Positions 8,986 to 17,732 of a DNA stretch of 63,141 nt are shown here, one piece after another. The translations under genes were made by a program, and so were the position numbers. Source of the DNA: Nitrospirota bacterium (GTDB lineage: Bacteria; Nitrospirota; UBA9217). The notes under the pieces were generated by a model that was not told where the DNA came from, ran no database searches, and was given only the letters and a program-made list of their open reading frames with translations. The first letter of the stretch is position 1. Each line of letters starts with the position of its first letter. The stretch is taken from NCBI GenBank assembly GCA_963751455.1, contig CAVVUN010000014.1, positions 1-63,141 of the forward strand, written 5' to 3'.

Positions 8986-9866
8986 AGGTTACGGTAAGAG
9001 ACCTGACACAAAAATCAATGGTGCTGGCCGGCAGCACCGGTCTGGGCAGAGAGATTACCTGTCCGCAGGTGAGCGCGCCTGAGCTTTCATCCACACGGCC
9101 ATGGCGGGGTATCGCTTCGAGTGTTGTGCATCTTCCGCCAAGCCAATTGTCTCATCTTGCGTCGCTTGGCGCGAAGGAACGTATGCAGACCGTACGCGCC
9201 ATCCTTAAAGAAAAGCCGGCCTGTATTGTGATAAGCGGCGGAACGGTCATTCCCGATCTGCTCAGGAGTGCCGACTCCGCAAAGATCCCTATAATCCGGA
9301 GCAGGAGTATTCCGCAAGTCGTCCGTCTCCTCGCGGAAAAGCTGGAGCCCAAGATAAACTTACACGGGGTTCTGGTCCAGATTTTCGGGCTTGGTACGCT
9401 GATCATCGGCGAAAGCGCGATCGGAAAGAGCGAAGCTGCGCTTGATCTCGTCGTTCGCGGGCACAAATTGGCTGCCGATGATCTTGTCATGGTGGAAAAG
9501 ACCGGTGCCGGCATAACAGGCCGCGCAACTGAAATGGGAAAGGATCTTCTCCAGATCAGGGGGCTGGGCATCATCAATATGCGCGCTCTTTACGGTGAGT
9601 CGGCAACGACCGGTTCATGCAGCATTGGCCTGGTCGTGGAACTGGAGGAATGGAAAAAAGGTCAGCATTACAGCTTGGTCGGGCTGCGTGAGCGACGCTA
9701 TAAACTGCTTGGCATCAACCTTCCCTATCTCAAGCTGCCTGTGAAAATGGGACGTAACATGGCAACTCTTATCGAGGTTGCAGCCAGGAACCAGATGCTC
9801 AAAAACAGGGGCATCTTTACCGCACGGGATTTGCAGCAAAAGCTTATGAAGAGACTCGCGGGATGA
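8982..9866 (+). CDS. hprK: HPr kinase/phosphorylase
   Basis: LHGVLV, GESAIGKSE, GHKLAADD, IRGLGIIN, GRNMATLIEVAA. Confidence 0.9.
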   Translation: MKVTVRDLTQKSMVLAGSTGLGREITCPQVSAPELSSTRPWRGIASSVVHLPPSQLSHLASLGAKERMQTVRAILKEKPACIVISGGTVIPDLLRSADSAKIPIIRSRSIPQVVRLLAEKLEPKINLHGVLVQIFGLGTLIIGESAIGKSEAALDLVVRGHKLAADDLVMVEKTGAGITGRATEMGKDLLQIRGLGIINMRALYGESATTGSCSIGLVVELEEWKKGQHYSLVGLRERRYKLLGINLPYLKLPVKMGRNMATLIEVAARNQMLKNRGIFTARDLQQKLMKRLAG

Positions 9867-10735
9867 GGCATATGCGGATGATCGTCGTGACCGGTCTTTC
9901 GGGGTCGGGCAGAAGCGCCGCATTGAAGGCGTTCGAGGATATCGGATATTATTGTGTCGACAATCTTCCGTTCGTACTGTTGCGGTCCTTCGCTGACTTT
10001 GCGGACAGATCCGAGGAAGCGATCCGCTCGGCCATAGGCCTTGACATGCGTGAAAAAAATTTCCCCGAGCAGTTTCCATCGGTGTATGGAGAACTGAAAG
10101 CAAGCGGGATCGCCGTTGAATTGCTTTTTCTCGATGCTTCGGACCAGACAGTCGTTCGTCGCTTCAGCGAAACGCGAAGACCGCATCCGCTCTCACATGG
10201 GGCCACGCCGCTGATTGACGGAATACGGTCGGAGCGGGCAGCGTTGAGCGAGGTCAGGAAACTGGCAGACCGTATCATCGACACTTCGGATTATACGGTC
10301 CATGATCTTCGACAGGCAATAGAACGCTACTACGCAACCGGGGATGCGGGCAGGCCGATGCTGATCACCCTCGTGACTTTCGGGTACAAGTTCGGCGCGC
10401 CCTATGACCTCGACCTTTTATTTGATGTTAGATTTTTGCCGAACCCGCATTTCGTTGCCGAACTCCGGCCGTTTACGGGGGAAGACGCGAGGGTCAGGCA
10501 GCATGTGACGGCAACGGCGGATTCTGCCGAATTTCTCGCGAAATTGGAAGAATTTCTCACATTTCTTTTACCCCGTTACCGTCGCGAAGGTAAAAGTTAT
10601 CTGACGATCGGTATCGGCTGTACGGGAGGCAGGCATCGTTCGGTGGCTGTCGCGCTGATGATTGCAGATGCCCTTAGAAAAAAAGGATTTGAGGTAAACG
10701 TCAAACACCGCGATATCGCAGGATCTGCGGGGTAG
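9863..10735 (+). CDS. rapZ: RNase adapter RapZ / YvcJ-family P-loop protein
   Basis: TGLSGSGRS, CVDNLP, RRFSETRRPHPL, DVRFLPNP, GCTGGRHRSV. Confidence 0.93.
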   Translation: MRHMRMIVVTGLSGSGRSAALKAFEDIGYYCVDNLPFVLLRSFADFADRSEEAIRSAIGLDMREKNFPEQFPSVYGELKASGIAVELLFLDASDQTVVRRFSETRRPHPLSHGATPLIDGIRSERAALSEVRKLADRIIDTSDYTVHDLRQAIERYYATGDAGRPMLITLVTFGYKFGAPYDLDLLFDVRFLPNPHFVAELRPFTGEDARVRQHVTATADSAEFLAKLEEFLTFLLPRYRREGKSYLTIGIGCTGGRHRSVAVALMIADALRKKGFEVNVKHRDIAGSAG

Positions 10736-10836
10736 TACGTTCCGGAAGACGGAAGAGCGAAAGGCGTGAGGGGATTAGTCCTGAACCCCTTCCTTCTTCT
10801 CAAAGGCTCGCCATAGTTTGAAAGGAGATCCGGAGT

Positions 10837-11238
10837 ATGATCGGACTGGTAGTGGTGTGTCATGAGGATATGGGATCTGAACTGGTGAAGGCCGCCGAGA
10901 TGATTGTGGGCAAGATCGAGGCGGTAGCGACCGTGAGCGTAAAGCAGGATAGTGCCCCGGAAATGCTGAGAGACCAGATCCAGGCCGCAATAAAGAAAGT
11001 GGACCGCAAAAAGGGCATTATGTTGCTCACTGATATGTTCGGTGGGACACCATCCAATATCGCGCTTGCCTTCCTGGGAGAAAGCGTCGAGGTGGTGACC
11101 GGCGTCAATCTTTCCATGCTCATCAAATTCGCAAACCACCGTGATGAAAAAGGCCTGCCCGAACTTGCCAAACTGGTACAGGATGCAGCCCAGAAAAGCA
11201 TCGTGATCGCCAGTCAGATGTTGAAGGGGAAAAAATGA
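10837..11238 (+). CDS. PTS mannose/fructose-class EIIA
   Basis: Phospho-His in VVVCHE, TDMFGGTPSN, GVNLSML. Confidence 0.9.
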   Translation: MIGLVVVCHEDMGSELVKAAEMIVGKIEAVATVSVKQDSAPEMLRDQIQAAIKKVDRKKGIMLLTDMFGGTPSNIALAFLGESVEVVTGVNLSMLIKFANHRDEKGLPELAKLVQDAAQKSIVIASQMLKGKK

Positions 11239-11280
11239 CGCATTCGTTAACAGTAAGGATTCATCATCGTGAATCCCTGC

Positions 11281-11732
11281 TTGTCATTTCGAAGGAGCGA
11301 AGCGACTGAGGAACCTTGCACGGGGCGAGCCGAGAAGGGTCCAACATTTGATAGAAAAACAAGGGTTCCTTGCTTCGCACGTGCACTCGCGCTGAGCACA
11401 CCCTGCATTCGCGCAATGGCACTGCTTAGACTCGTTGTCGTACTTGCTGAGTAAGGCTTAGACCCTTTGTCGACCATCACACTGAGAACGCCCTGCACTC
11501 GCGCTGCGCACTCGTATGCGCTGGGTGCAAGTCATGTGACGGGAATCAATGACCGCAGAGACGGGAATCAAGGGTGAAGCACAGACCCGTTATAGTACCA
11601 TCTCCCTGAGGGACGGGAGATGGGAATCAAGGGTGAAGCACAGACTCGTTATAGTACCATCTCCCTGAGAGACGGGAGATGGGAATCAAGGGTCATAAAC
11701 GCTGGGTGCTTGCAAAAGGCTCGAAATGACAA
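11281..11732. repeat. REP-like palindromic element carrying a ~340 bp nested insertion
   Basis: Perfect 12-bp IR TTGTCATTTCGA (11281-11292) / TCGAAATGACAA (11721-11732); right arm split between 11361-11378 and 11719-11732. Confidence 0.75.
11563..11693 (-). repeat. 59-bp tandem hairpin repeat (2.2 units), same family as the 28.1 kb array in opposite orientation
   Basis: GGGAATCAAGGGT at 11563, 11622, 11681; stem CCATCTCCC/GGGAGATGG. Confidence 0.9.
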
Positions 11733-11776
11733 AACAGGCTGTTTTCAACTTATTACGAGTCATCAAACAATAACAT

Positions 11777-12268
11777 ATGCTTGTTTTTACGCGTATAGAC
11801 GACCGTTTGATCCACGGGCAGGTTGTTGAAGGTTGGGTGAATTATCTGAAAGCGACCGCCATCCTGGTAGCCGACGACCGGGTGGCGTCGAACGCGCTTC
11901 AGCGCTCAATCATGGAGATATCCGTGCCGGACGGACTGTCCGTCTTCATCGGGACAGTCGAGGAGATATGCATGAGGCTGAAAGGGTCGGCATCGGGCGA
12001 AGAACGGGCAATTCTTCTCTTTTCGACTCCCGGCGATGTTCTCCGGGCGCTTAAGCTTGGCCTCAATTGTCCACGGCTCAATATCGGCGGCATGCATTTT
12101 ATTCCCGGCAAACGAAAACTGATCGATATTCTCGCGGTCGATGATGAGGACCTGAATGCACTGAAGGAGATTGCTGCGCAGGGAATCAAGGTTGAGGTCC
12201 AGGCGATGCCCAGTCAGAAGCCTATGCTTCTTGAAAAAGTGTTCAAGGTCTGCCGATTGGAGCCATAG
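11777..12268 (+). CDS. PTS mannose-class EIIB
   Basis: RIDDRLIHGQV, LNIGGM. Confidence 0.92.
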   Translation: MLVFTRIDDRLIHGQVVEGWVNYLKATAILVADDRVASNALQRSIMEISVPDGLSVFIGTVEEICMRLKGSASGEERAILLFSTPGDVLRALKLGLNCPRLNIGGMHFIPGKRKLIDILAVDDEDLNALKEIAAQGIKVEVQAMPSQKPMLLEKVFKVCRLEP

Positions 12269-12330
12269 TTCGTTGCGTGGACCGCTGTTGGATTTGGTCC
12301 ACGTCCGTTTCTTAAGGTTTTGGTGAGAAC

Positions 12331-13110
12331 ATGATCGGTTTTGACGCACATACCCTTGGCAGTATACTCCTCATAGCTCTGGCAGGGGGGATTATCGGGC
12401 TGGACAGGACGGCGTTCGGCCAGTTTATGATTTCCCAGCCCGTTGTTGTCGCACCGCTTACGGGCCTGCTGCTCGGCGATCCGATTGCAGGCCTGATGAT
12501 CGGAGCCGTACTGGAATTAATATGGGTGCTCGACATGCCGGTCGGCACATTTGTCCCTGCTGATTCAACGATAGCAGCCGTTTCCGCAACAGCGATTGCA
12601 GTCCTGGCCGGCGGGGGGAAGGCGGGTCTCGATAATATCGGGTTCAGTCTTCTCGCCACTACGGCGATGCTGCCGGTTACAATGATTGCAGACGGCCTGA
12701 TCCGCACGTTCAACTCACGGTTGGCCGAAGCGCCCCTGGCGGCCCCGGCTGAACAGGCGGGAGCGCTGCTCGCCCAGGCCCAGCTGAAGGGACTTGTCGT
12801 ATTTTTTCTCAAGTCCTTTGTACTCTACCTCGTGTTTATCCCGGTTGGTCTGGCTGCAGCCGGCCTGTTCGCTCGCTTTCCTGAGAAACTGCATCAGGCC
12901 ATGGCATTGTTCGTTAAATTGCTGCCGCTGCTTGGAGCAGCGGTAATTCTCAGAAAGCTATCGATCAAGACCCTGAACTCATTTTTTCTGGCCGGCTTTG
13001 TAATAACCGCAGTATTGACCATGATATTTCAATCGCACATGATGATCATTATCCTGCTCGTTGTTGCGGCAGGTTTTATCGGCGCCCGGTACCGTGAAGG
13101 CTGGTCATGA
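12331..13110 (+). CDS. PTS mannose-class EIIC
   Basis: LDR...QFMISQPVV...GLLLGD...GAVLELIW; hydrophobic. Confidence 0.85.
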   Translation: MIGFDAHTLGSILLIALAGGIIGLDRTAFGQFMISQPVVVAPLTGLLLGDPIAGLMIGAVLELIWVLDMPVGTFVPADSTIAAVSATAIAVLAGGGKAGLDNIGFSLLATTAMLPVTMIADGLIRTFNSRLAEAPLAAPAEQAGALLAQAQLKGLVVFFLKSFVLYLVFIPVGLAAAGLFARFPEKLHQAMALFVKLLPLLGAAVILRKLSIKTLNSFFLAGFVITAVLTMIFQSHMMIIILLVVAAGFIGARYREGWS

Positions 13111-13141
13111 AGATCTGGAAAAAGCAGCGTAAAGGGGCGGC

Positions 13142-13930
13142 ATGGTTATGAGTGACAAACAGGGAAAAATAAGGACAGTAGATTTATTCCCGGTTTTCTT
13201 GAGATCGCTGCTGATTCAGGCGTCCTGGAGCTTTGACCGGATGCAGTCACTCGGATTTGCCTTTGCAATTGAACCTATTCTGAAAAGGCTCTATCGCGAC
13301 CCGGAACAATACCGCTCCAGGGTGCGCCTGCATATGGATTACTTTAACACGCAGCCGTACCTCGCATCATTCATCCTCGGCGCCGCGGCCAGAATAGAAG
13401 AGGAGCGGGCGTCAGGAAGCGACAGCGCGGCGGACGTAGCAGGTTTAAAAGGAACGTTGATGGGTCCACTTGGGGCACTCGGCGATAGTTTTTTCTGGGG
13501 GGCTCTCAAACCGCTGACTGCCGTCATCGCGGTTGCAGTGCTTCTGTCGGGCGTTTGGTGGGCGCCGATGCTGTTTCTTGCTCTGTACAATGTAGTACAT
13601 ATAGCGCTGAGGGTCGATGTGCTGTTTTGGGGCTATCGGAGCGCCGGTGACGCAGTCGGGCTTATGGCGCGGTACAGCTTTACAAAAATGGCAAAAGTCT
13701 TCAAGGCCGTTTGCTTGTCCGTAACCGGGGCGATTGTCGGCATGGTTTCTGGCTGGAGACCCGAGTTCAAACCGACGATTGCTGCTCCCCACTTGATTAC
13801 TGCCGTTGCTGCGCTTTTTATAACGTTCGGTCTGGTGTTTTTTTTAAAAAAGGGCGCTTCTCCGGTAAAACTTTTACTCGGGCTTGCTGTTGTTTCTATC
13901 GCCCTGGCTTACGCAGGAGCAGGTTTATGA
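13142..13930 (+). CDS. PTS mannose-class EIID
   Basis: QASWSFDRMQSLG, FNTQP, MGPLGALGDSFFW. Confidence 0.9.
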   Translation: MVMSDKQGKIRTVDLFPVFLRSLLIQASWSFDRMQSLGFAFAIEPILKRLYRDPEQYRSRVRLHMDYFNTQPYLASFILGAAARIEEERASGSDSAADVAGLKGTLMGPLGALGDSFFWGALKPLTAVIAVAVLLSGVWWAPMLFLALYNVVHIALRVDVLFWGYRSAGDAVGLMARYSFTKMAKVFKAVCLSVTGAIVGMVSGWRPEFKPTIAAPHLITAVAALFITFGLVFFLKKGASPVKLLLGLAVVSIALAYAGAGL

Positions 13931-14196
13931 TAAAAAAAATGCTGTTGATTGAAAACAAACTCGGTCTTCATGCGCGCGCTGCAGCTCAAATCGTAAAGTC
14001 GGCGAGCAGTTACTCCTCAAAAATCACGTTGATCAAAGATGAGCTCGAGGTTGACGGAAAAAGCATCATGGGTATCATGATGCTGGCGGCGGGCAAGGGG
14101 AGCAGCGTCATGGTTGAGGCCCGTGGAGATGACGAGGAAAAGGCCGTGAGCGGGCTTGAACAGCTTTTTAAGGATAAGTTCGGAGAAAAGGAATAG
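13927..14196 (+). CDS. ptsH: Phosphocarrier HPr
   Basis: NKLGLHARAA (His15), GKSIMGIM (Ser46); start ATG 13927 inside ORF 13711. Confidence 0.93.
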   Translation: MIKKMLLIENKLGLHARAAAQIVKSASSYSSKITLIKDELEVDGKSIMGIMMLAAGKGSSVMVEARGDDEEKAVSGLEQLFKDKFGEKE

Positions 14197-14255
14197 AGAA
14201 GAGGTCGACTCCCGCCACCGGCGGGAATGAGGGTGGTCCAAACAGGGACAGCATA

Positions 14256-16010
14256 ATGCACGAAAAAATATACAAAGGCATCGTGGCATCTCCGGGCATT
14301 GTAATCGGACGGGCATATCTTCTTGATCGCCGCAAGGTAGTAGTTGCCGGACAGCGCATCGAGGACGTAAGCGTCAAGGACGAGGTTGCGCGCTTCAAAC
14401 GGGCGCTCGATCTTTCGAAGACCCAGCTTGAAGATGTGCGGAAGCGCTTGAGCAAAGGGCTTGGAAAATCGCACCTGTACATCCTTGACACGCATATTAT
14501 GCTTCTGGAAGACAAGATGCTCGTCGACGGCACCGTCAAACGGATCAAAGAGTCGCTTCTTAACGCCGAGGGGGCGCTTAAAGAGACGATCTCCACGATC
14601 TGCCTTAAATTCGATACCATAGAAGACGAATATCTGCGTGATCGAAAACATGATGTAGAGCAGGTGGGAGAGCGTATTCTCCGAAACCTGGTCGGTCACA
14701 AGCAGGAAAGCCTTTCCGAAATAAAGGATGAAGCGGTGATCATTGCGCACGATCTTGCCCCTACCGATACCTTGATGATGCGCAAGGACAAGATACTCGG
14801 CTTCGCTACCGATGCAGGCAGCCGGACGTCGCATACCGCGATCCTTGCGCGTTCCCTGGGCATTCCGGCTGCTGTTGGACTCGAAAATATAACGGCAGCG
14901 GTCAAGACCGGAGACGTGGTCATCCTGGACGGCATTCATGGCGTAGTGATCGCGGATCCGGACGAGGAGACTTTCCTCGACTATCTAAAAAAGAAGCGCC
15001 GCTATAAATATTTTGAGCAAGAGCTCGAGAAACTCAAGACGCTTCCTGCAGAGACGCTTGACGGCCATCTCATCCATCTCCAAGGCAACATCGAATTGCC
15101 CGAAGAGGCGACATCAGCTGCCGAGCACGGAGGCACGGGTATCGGTCTTTACCGCACGGAGTTCCTTTTCCTGAACCGAACCACACTGCCAACTGAAGAG
15201 GAACACTACCGTGCGTATAGCCATGTAGCGGAAAAAGCATCACCCCATGAAGTAGTGATCCGCACCCTGGATGTGGGCGGCGATAAGGCCGGATTTCCGG
15301 GTGAATATGAAAAAGAAGCAAATCCGGCGCTCGGTCTTCGGGCCATCCGGTTCTGCCTTCAAAAAAAAGATCTTTTCCGGACGCAGCTCAGAGGCATTCT
15401 GAAGGCAAGCGTTCACGGCAATATAAAAATTCTCTACCCGATGATATCGGGGTTGACAGAACTGCACGAGACAAAAAAAATTCTGAATGAAGTGAAGTCC
15501 CAGCTCAGGGCTGAAGGTACGCCGTTCAACGAACAGATAGAGATCGGAGTGATGATCGAGATACCGTCGGCAGCGTTGATCGCCGATCTTCTCGCCGTCG
15601 AAGTCGACTTTTTCAGTGTCGGCACGAACGACTTGATCCAGTACACCCTTGCCATCGACCGCCAGAACGAGCACGTCGCCTACATGTACGAGCCGCTTGA
15701 CCCGGCCGTACTTCGCCTTCTTTATAATGTTTCTGAAGCCGCACGTAAGACTAAAATCAGTCTTGCAATGTGCGGCGAAATGGCTGGCGATCCCCTCTAC
15801 GCCGCAATTCTGCTCGGAATGGGCTATCATGTATTGAGCATGAACGTGGCTTCAATCCCCTGGGTCAAGAAAGTCGTAAGGTCCGTCCGGCTCCGGGACG
15901 CTGTCGAGCTGGCATCGCTCGTGATGAAGCAGCCAACGGCGGCGCAGGGAAGAAAGACAGCGGAGGATTTCATGCAGGACCGGTTCCCCGACCTTTGGGC
16001 GGAACTCTAG
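14256..16010 (+). CDS. ptsI: PTS enzyme I (no N-terminal GAF)
   Basis: SRTSHTAILAR phospho-His, GLYRTEF, RTLDVGGDK, GTNDLIQY, MCGEMAG. Confidence 0.96.
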   Translation: MHEKIYKGIVASPGIVIGRAYLLDRRKVVVAGQRIEDVSVKDEVARFKRALDLSKTQLEDVRKRLSKGLGKSHLYILDTHIMLLEDKMLVDGTVKRIKESLLNAEGALKETISTICLKFDTIEDEYLRDRKHDVEQVGERILRNLVGHKQESLSEIKDEAVIIAHDLAPTDTLMMRKDKILGFATDAGSRTSHTAILARSLGIPAAVGLENITAAVKTGDVVILDGIHGVVIADPDEETFLDYLKKKRRYKYFEQELEKLKTLPAETLDGHLIHLQGNIELPEEATSAAEHGGTGIGLYRTEFLFLNRTTLPTEEEHYRAYSHVAEKASPHEVVIRTLDVGGDKAGFPGEYEKEANPALGLRAIRFCLQKKDLFRTQLRGILKASVHGNIKILYPMISGLTELHETKKILNEVKSQLRAEGTPFNEQIEIGVMIEIPSAALIADLLAVEVDFFSVGTNDLIQYTLAIDRQNEHVAYMYEPLDPAVLRLLYNVSEAARKTKISLAMCGEMAGDPLYAAILLGMGYHVLSMNVASIPWVKKVVRSVRLRDAVELASLVMKQPTAAQGRKTAEDFMQDRFPDLWAEL

Positions 16011-16102
16011 CAGACTGTTGAAAAACCACTGAACCGCCGAACCCCAAACCGACAATTACTATATTTGCCTGGTTCCCCTGCCGGGGCCGGGAAGGAGTAA
16101 CC

Positions 16103-17215
16103 ATGCAGCAAACAGCACCAAACGGGAAAGTGAACGAACATATCCCGACAGCAACCAGGATTCACGGCGGCAACCTCAGAGCTATGAATAAGTACGGTAT
16201 CGACGAAGACAAGCTCGTGGATTTCAGCTCGAATATTAATCCCCTCGGGCCGTCCCCGGCCGGTTTGAGGGCGGCTAAAAGGGCCCTGGAGAAGATCCAC
16301 CGTTACCCTGATCCGGAAATAATCGAGCTCAGGAAAACGATTGCACGGTATTTCGGAATCAAGCCGGGTCAGGTCATGTGCGGCAACGGCTCGAATGAAC
16401 TGATTCATCTCATCCCGCGCGTGTTCAAACCCAGGAGAGTGCTCATCCCCTCACCGACGTTTACCGAATATGCCGCGGCTGTACAGCAGGCCGGCGCAGA
16501 AGCAGTGCCCATGCTGCTCAAGGAGCGAGAAGGGTTTCGGGTAGATCCCCTCGAAATGGCTTTTGCTCTTAAGGGAGTGGATATGGCGTTCCTGTGCAAT
16601 CCGAACAATCCGACCGGTCTGGTTGTTCAGAAGTCGGACATGATCGAGATCGCTGCATACGCTGTCGAAAACGGTGTCCGACTCGTCATAGACGAAGCAT
16701 TCATGGATTTTATCGAGTCTGAATCGATGATCAAGGAAGCGGTGCAGTCTTCCCATGTTATATGCCTCAGGACGTTAACTTTGTTCTTCGGCATGCCCGG
16801 TTTGAGGATCGGGTATGCATTGTCTGATGAGGAAACGATTTCGACCTTGAGGGCCGGTCAGGAGCCTTGGACGGTCAGTATTCCGGCCGAGCAGGCGGGC
16901 ATCGCGGCCCTGAACGACTGGCATTATATTAAGAAGACGCGCCGCTTGATTGAAAAGCAGCGAAGCTGGCTTCTGGAGGAGCTTAGACTGCTGCCGGGCC
17001 TGGAACCGTTTCTTAGCTCCACGAATTTCATCTTTGCCAAGATTATGTCACCGGATGCTTCTTTGCTCGTCCAGAAGCTGGGAAGACTGGGCCTCCTGGT
17101 CCGTGACTGCTCCGATTTTACGGGTCTCAATGCCCACTATATCCGAATCGCAGTAAGGGACGGGAGCGAGAACAAACGCCTTCTTAAGACGCTTCGAGAA
17201 CTGCTCGGAAAATAA
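16103..17215 (+). CDS. Threonine-phosphate decarboxylase (CobD)-like fold type I protein lacking the PLP lysine
   Basis: HGGN, DFSSNINPLG, CNPNNPTG, DEAF, PGLRIGY, IRIAV; RTLTLFFG where RSLTKFF is expected. Confidence 0.8.
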   Translation: MQQTAPNGKVNEHIPTATRIHGGNLRAMNKYGIDEDKLVDFSSNINPLGPSPAGLRAAKRALEKIHRYPDPEIIELRKTIARYFGIKPGQVMCGNGSNELIHLIPRVFKPRRVLIPSPTFTEYAAAVQQAGAEAVPMLLKEREGFRVDPLEMAFALKGVDMAFLCNPNNPTGLVVQKSDMIEIAAYAVENGVRLVIDEAFMDFIESESMIKEAVQSSHVICLRTLTLFFGMPGLRIGYALSDEETISTLRAGQEPWTVSIPAEQAGIAALNDWHYIKKTRRLIEKQRSWLLEELRLLPGLEPFLSSTNFIFAKIMSPDASLLVQKLGRLGLLVRDCSDFTGLNAHYIRIAVRDGSENKRLLKTLRELLGK

Positions 17216-17324
17216 AATTTGCGATGGGTATAGATGCTCATCCTCTTATGACTCCATGCACGGTGTCAGGTCATAGACCGGAGGCGACTTCTGACGTTTA
17301 TTGGCGCTTAATCCAAAAAATATT

Positions 17325-17353
17325 TTGCAAAAAGCCCTCCTCTGTGCTAAAGT
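17325..17353 (+). promoter_or_regulatory. Candidate sigma70 promoter upstream of the zinc-ribbon/alr genes
   Basis: TTGCAA-17 bp-TAAAGT with TG extension. Confidence 0.4.
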
Positions 17354-17537
17354 AAAATCGGTTATCAAGCGCCTGAAATTGCAACTGATTTTTTCGTTTG
17401 GCGAGGCAGTTCGTGCTCATTTTTAATGGGAACCCGGAGCCGGTCTGAAACCCACAATATTGCGGCTGAGAAAGGAATTCTTCCTGCCGCCTTTCCCGGG
17501 CAGCACGATTCTCCGGTATAGGATTCCGAGGATAGTT

Positions 17538-17732
17538 ATGGAACCGATCATGTGCCCCTTTTGCGGGGGAACGAATCTTTTTCAAGAAGATGATTACAGT
17601 CTTGAGATGGATTTCGAATACTGGACAATACATCATTGGGAATGTCTCGATTGCGCGGAGTCGTTCGACAAGATAGAAGTAATGTCTTCGTCCAATAAAT
17701 TCGAGGAGATAAATGAGAGCACGATCCACTGA
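17538..17732 (+). CDS. Small acidic zinc-ribbon protein (64 aa)
   Basis: CPFC...CLDC pair; GAGGA RBS before ATG 17538. Confidence 0.6.
   Translation: MEPIMCPFCGGTNLFQEDDYSLEMDFEYWTIHHWECLDCAESFDKIEVMSSSNKFEEINESTIH

Noticed and set aside
9863-9920. RapZ Walker A Lys-to-Arg as a sign of inactivation
   Set aside because: GxSGxGRS is a natural variant in this family as far as I know
11247-11829. Short ORFs in the IIA-IIB spacer, and 28573-28839
   Set aside because: They are translations of non-coding repeat elements
16008-16030. IS-like end AGCAGACTGTTGAAAAA after ptsI
   Set aside because: No partner inverted end or transposase nearby; too short to support
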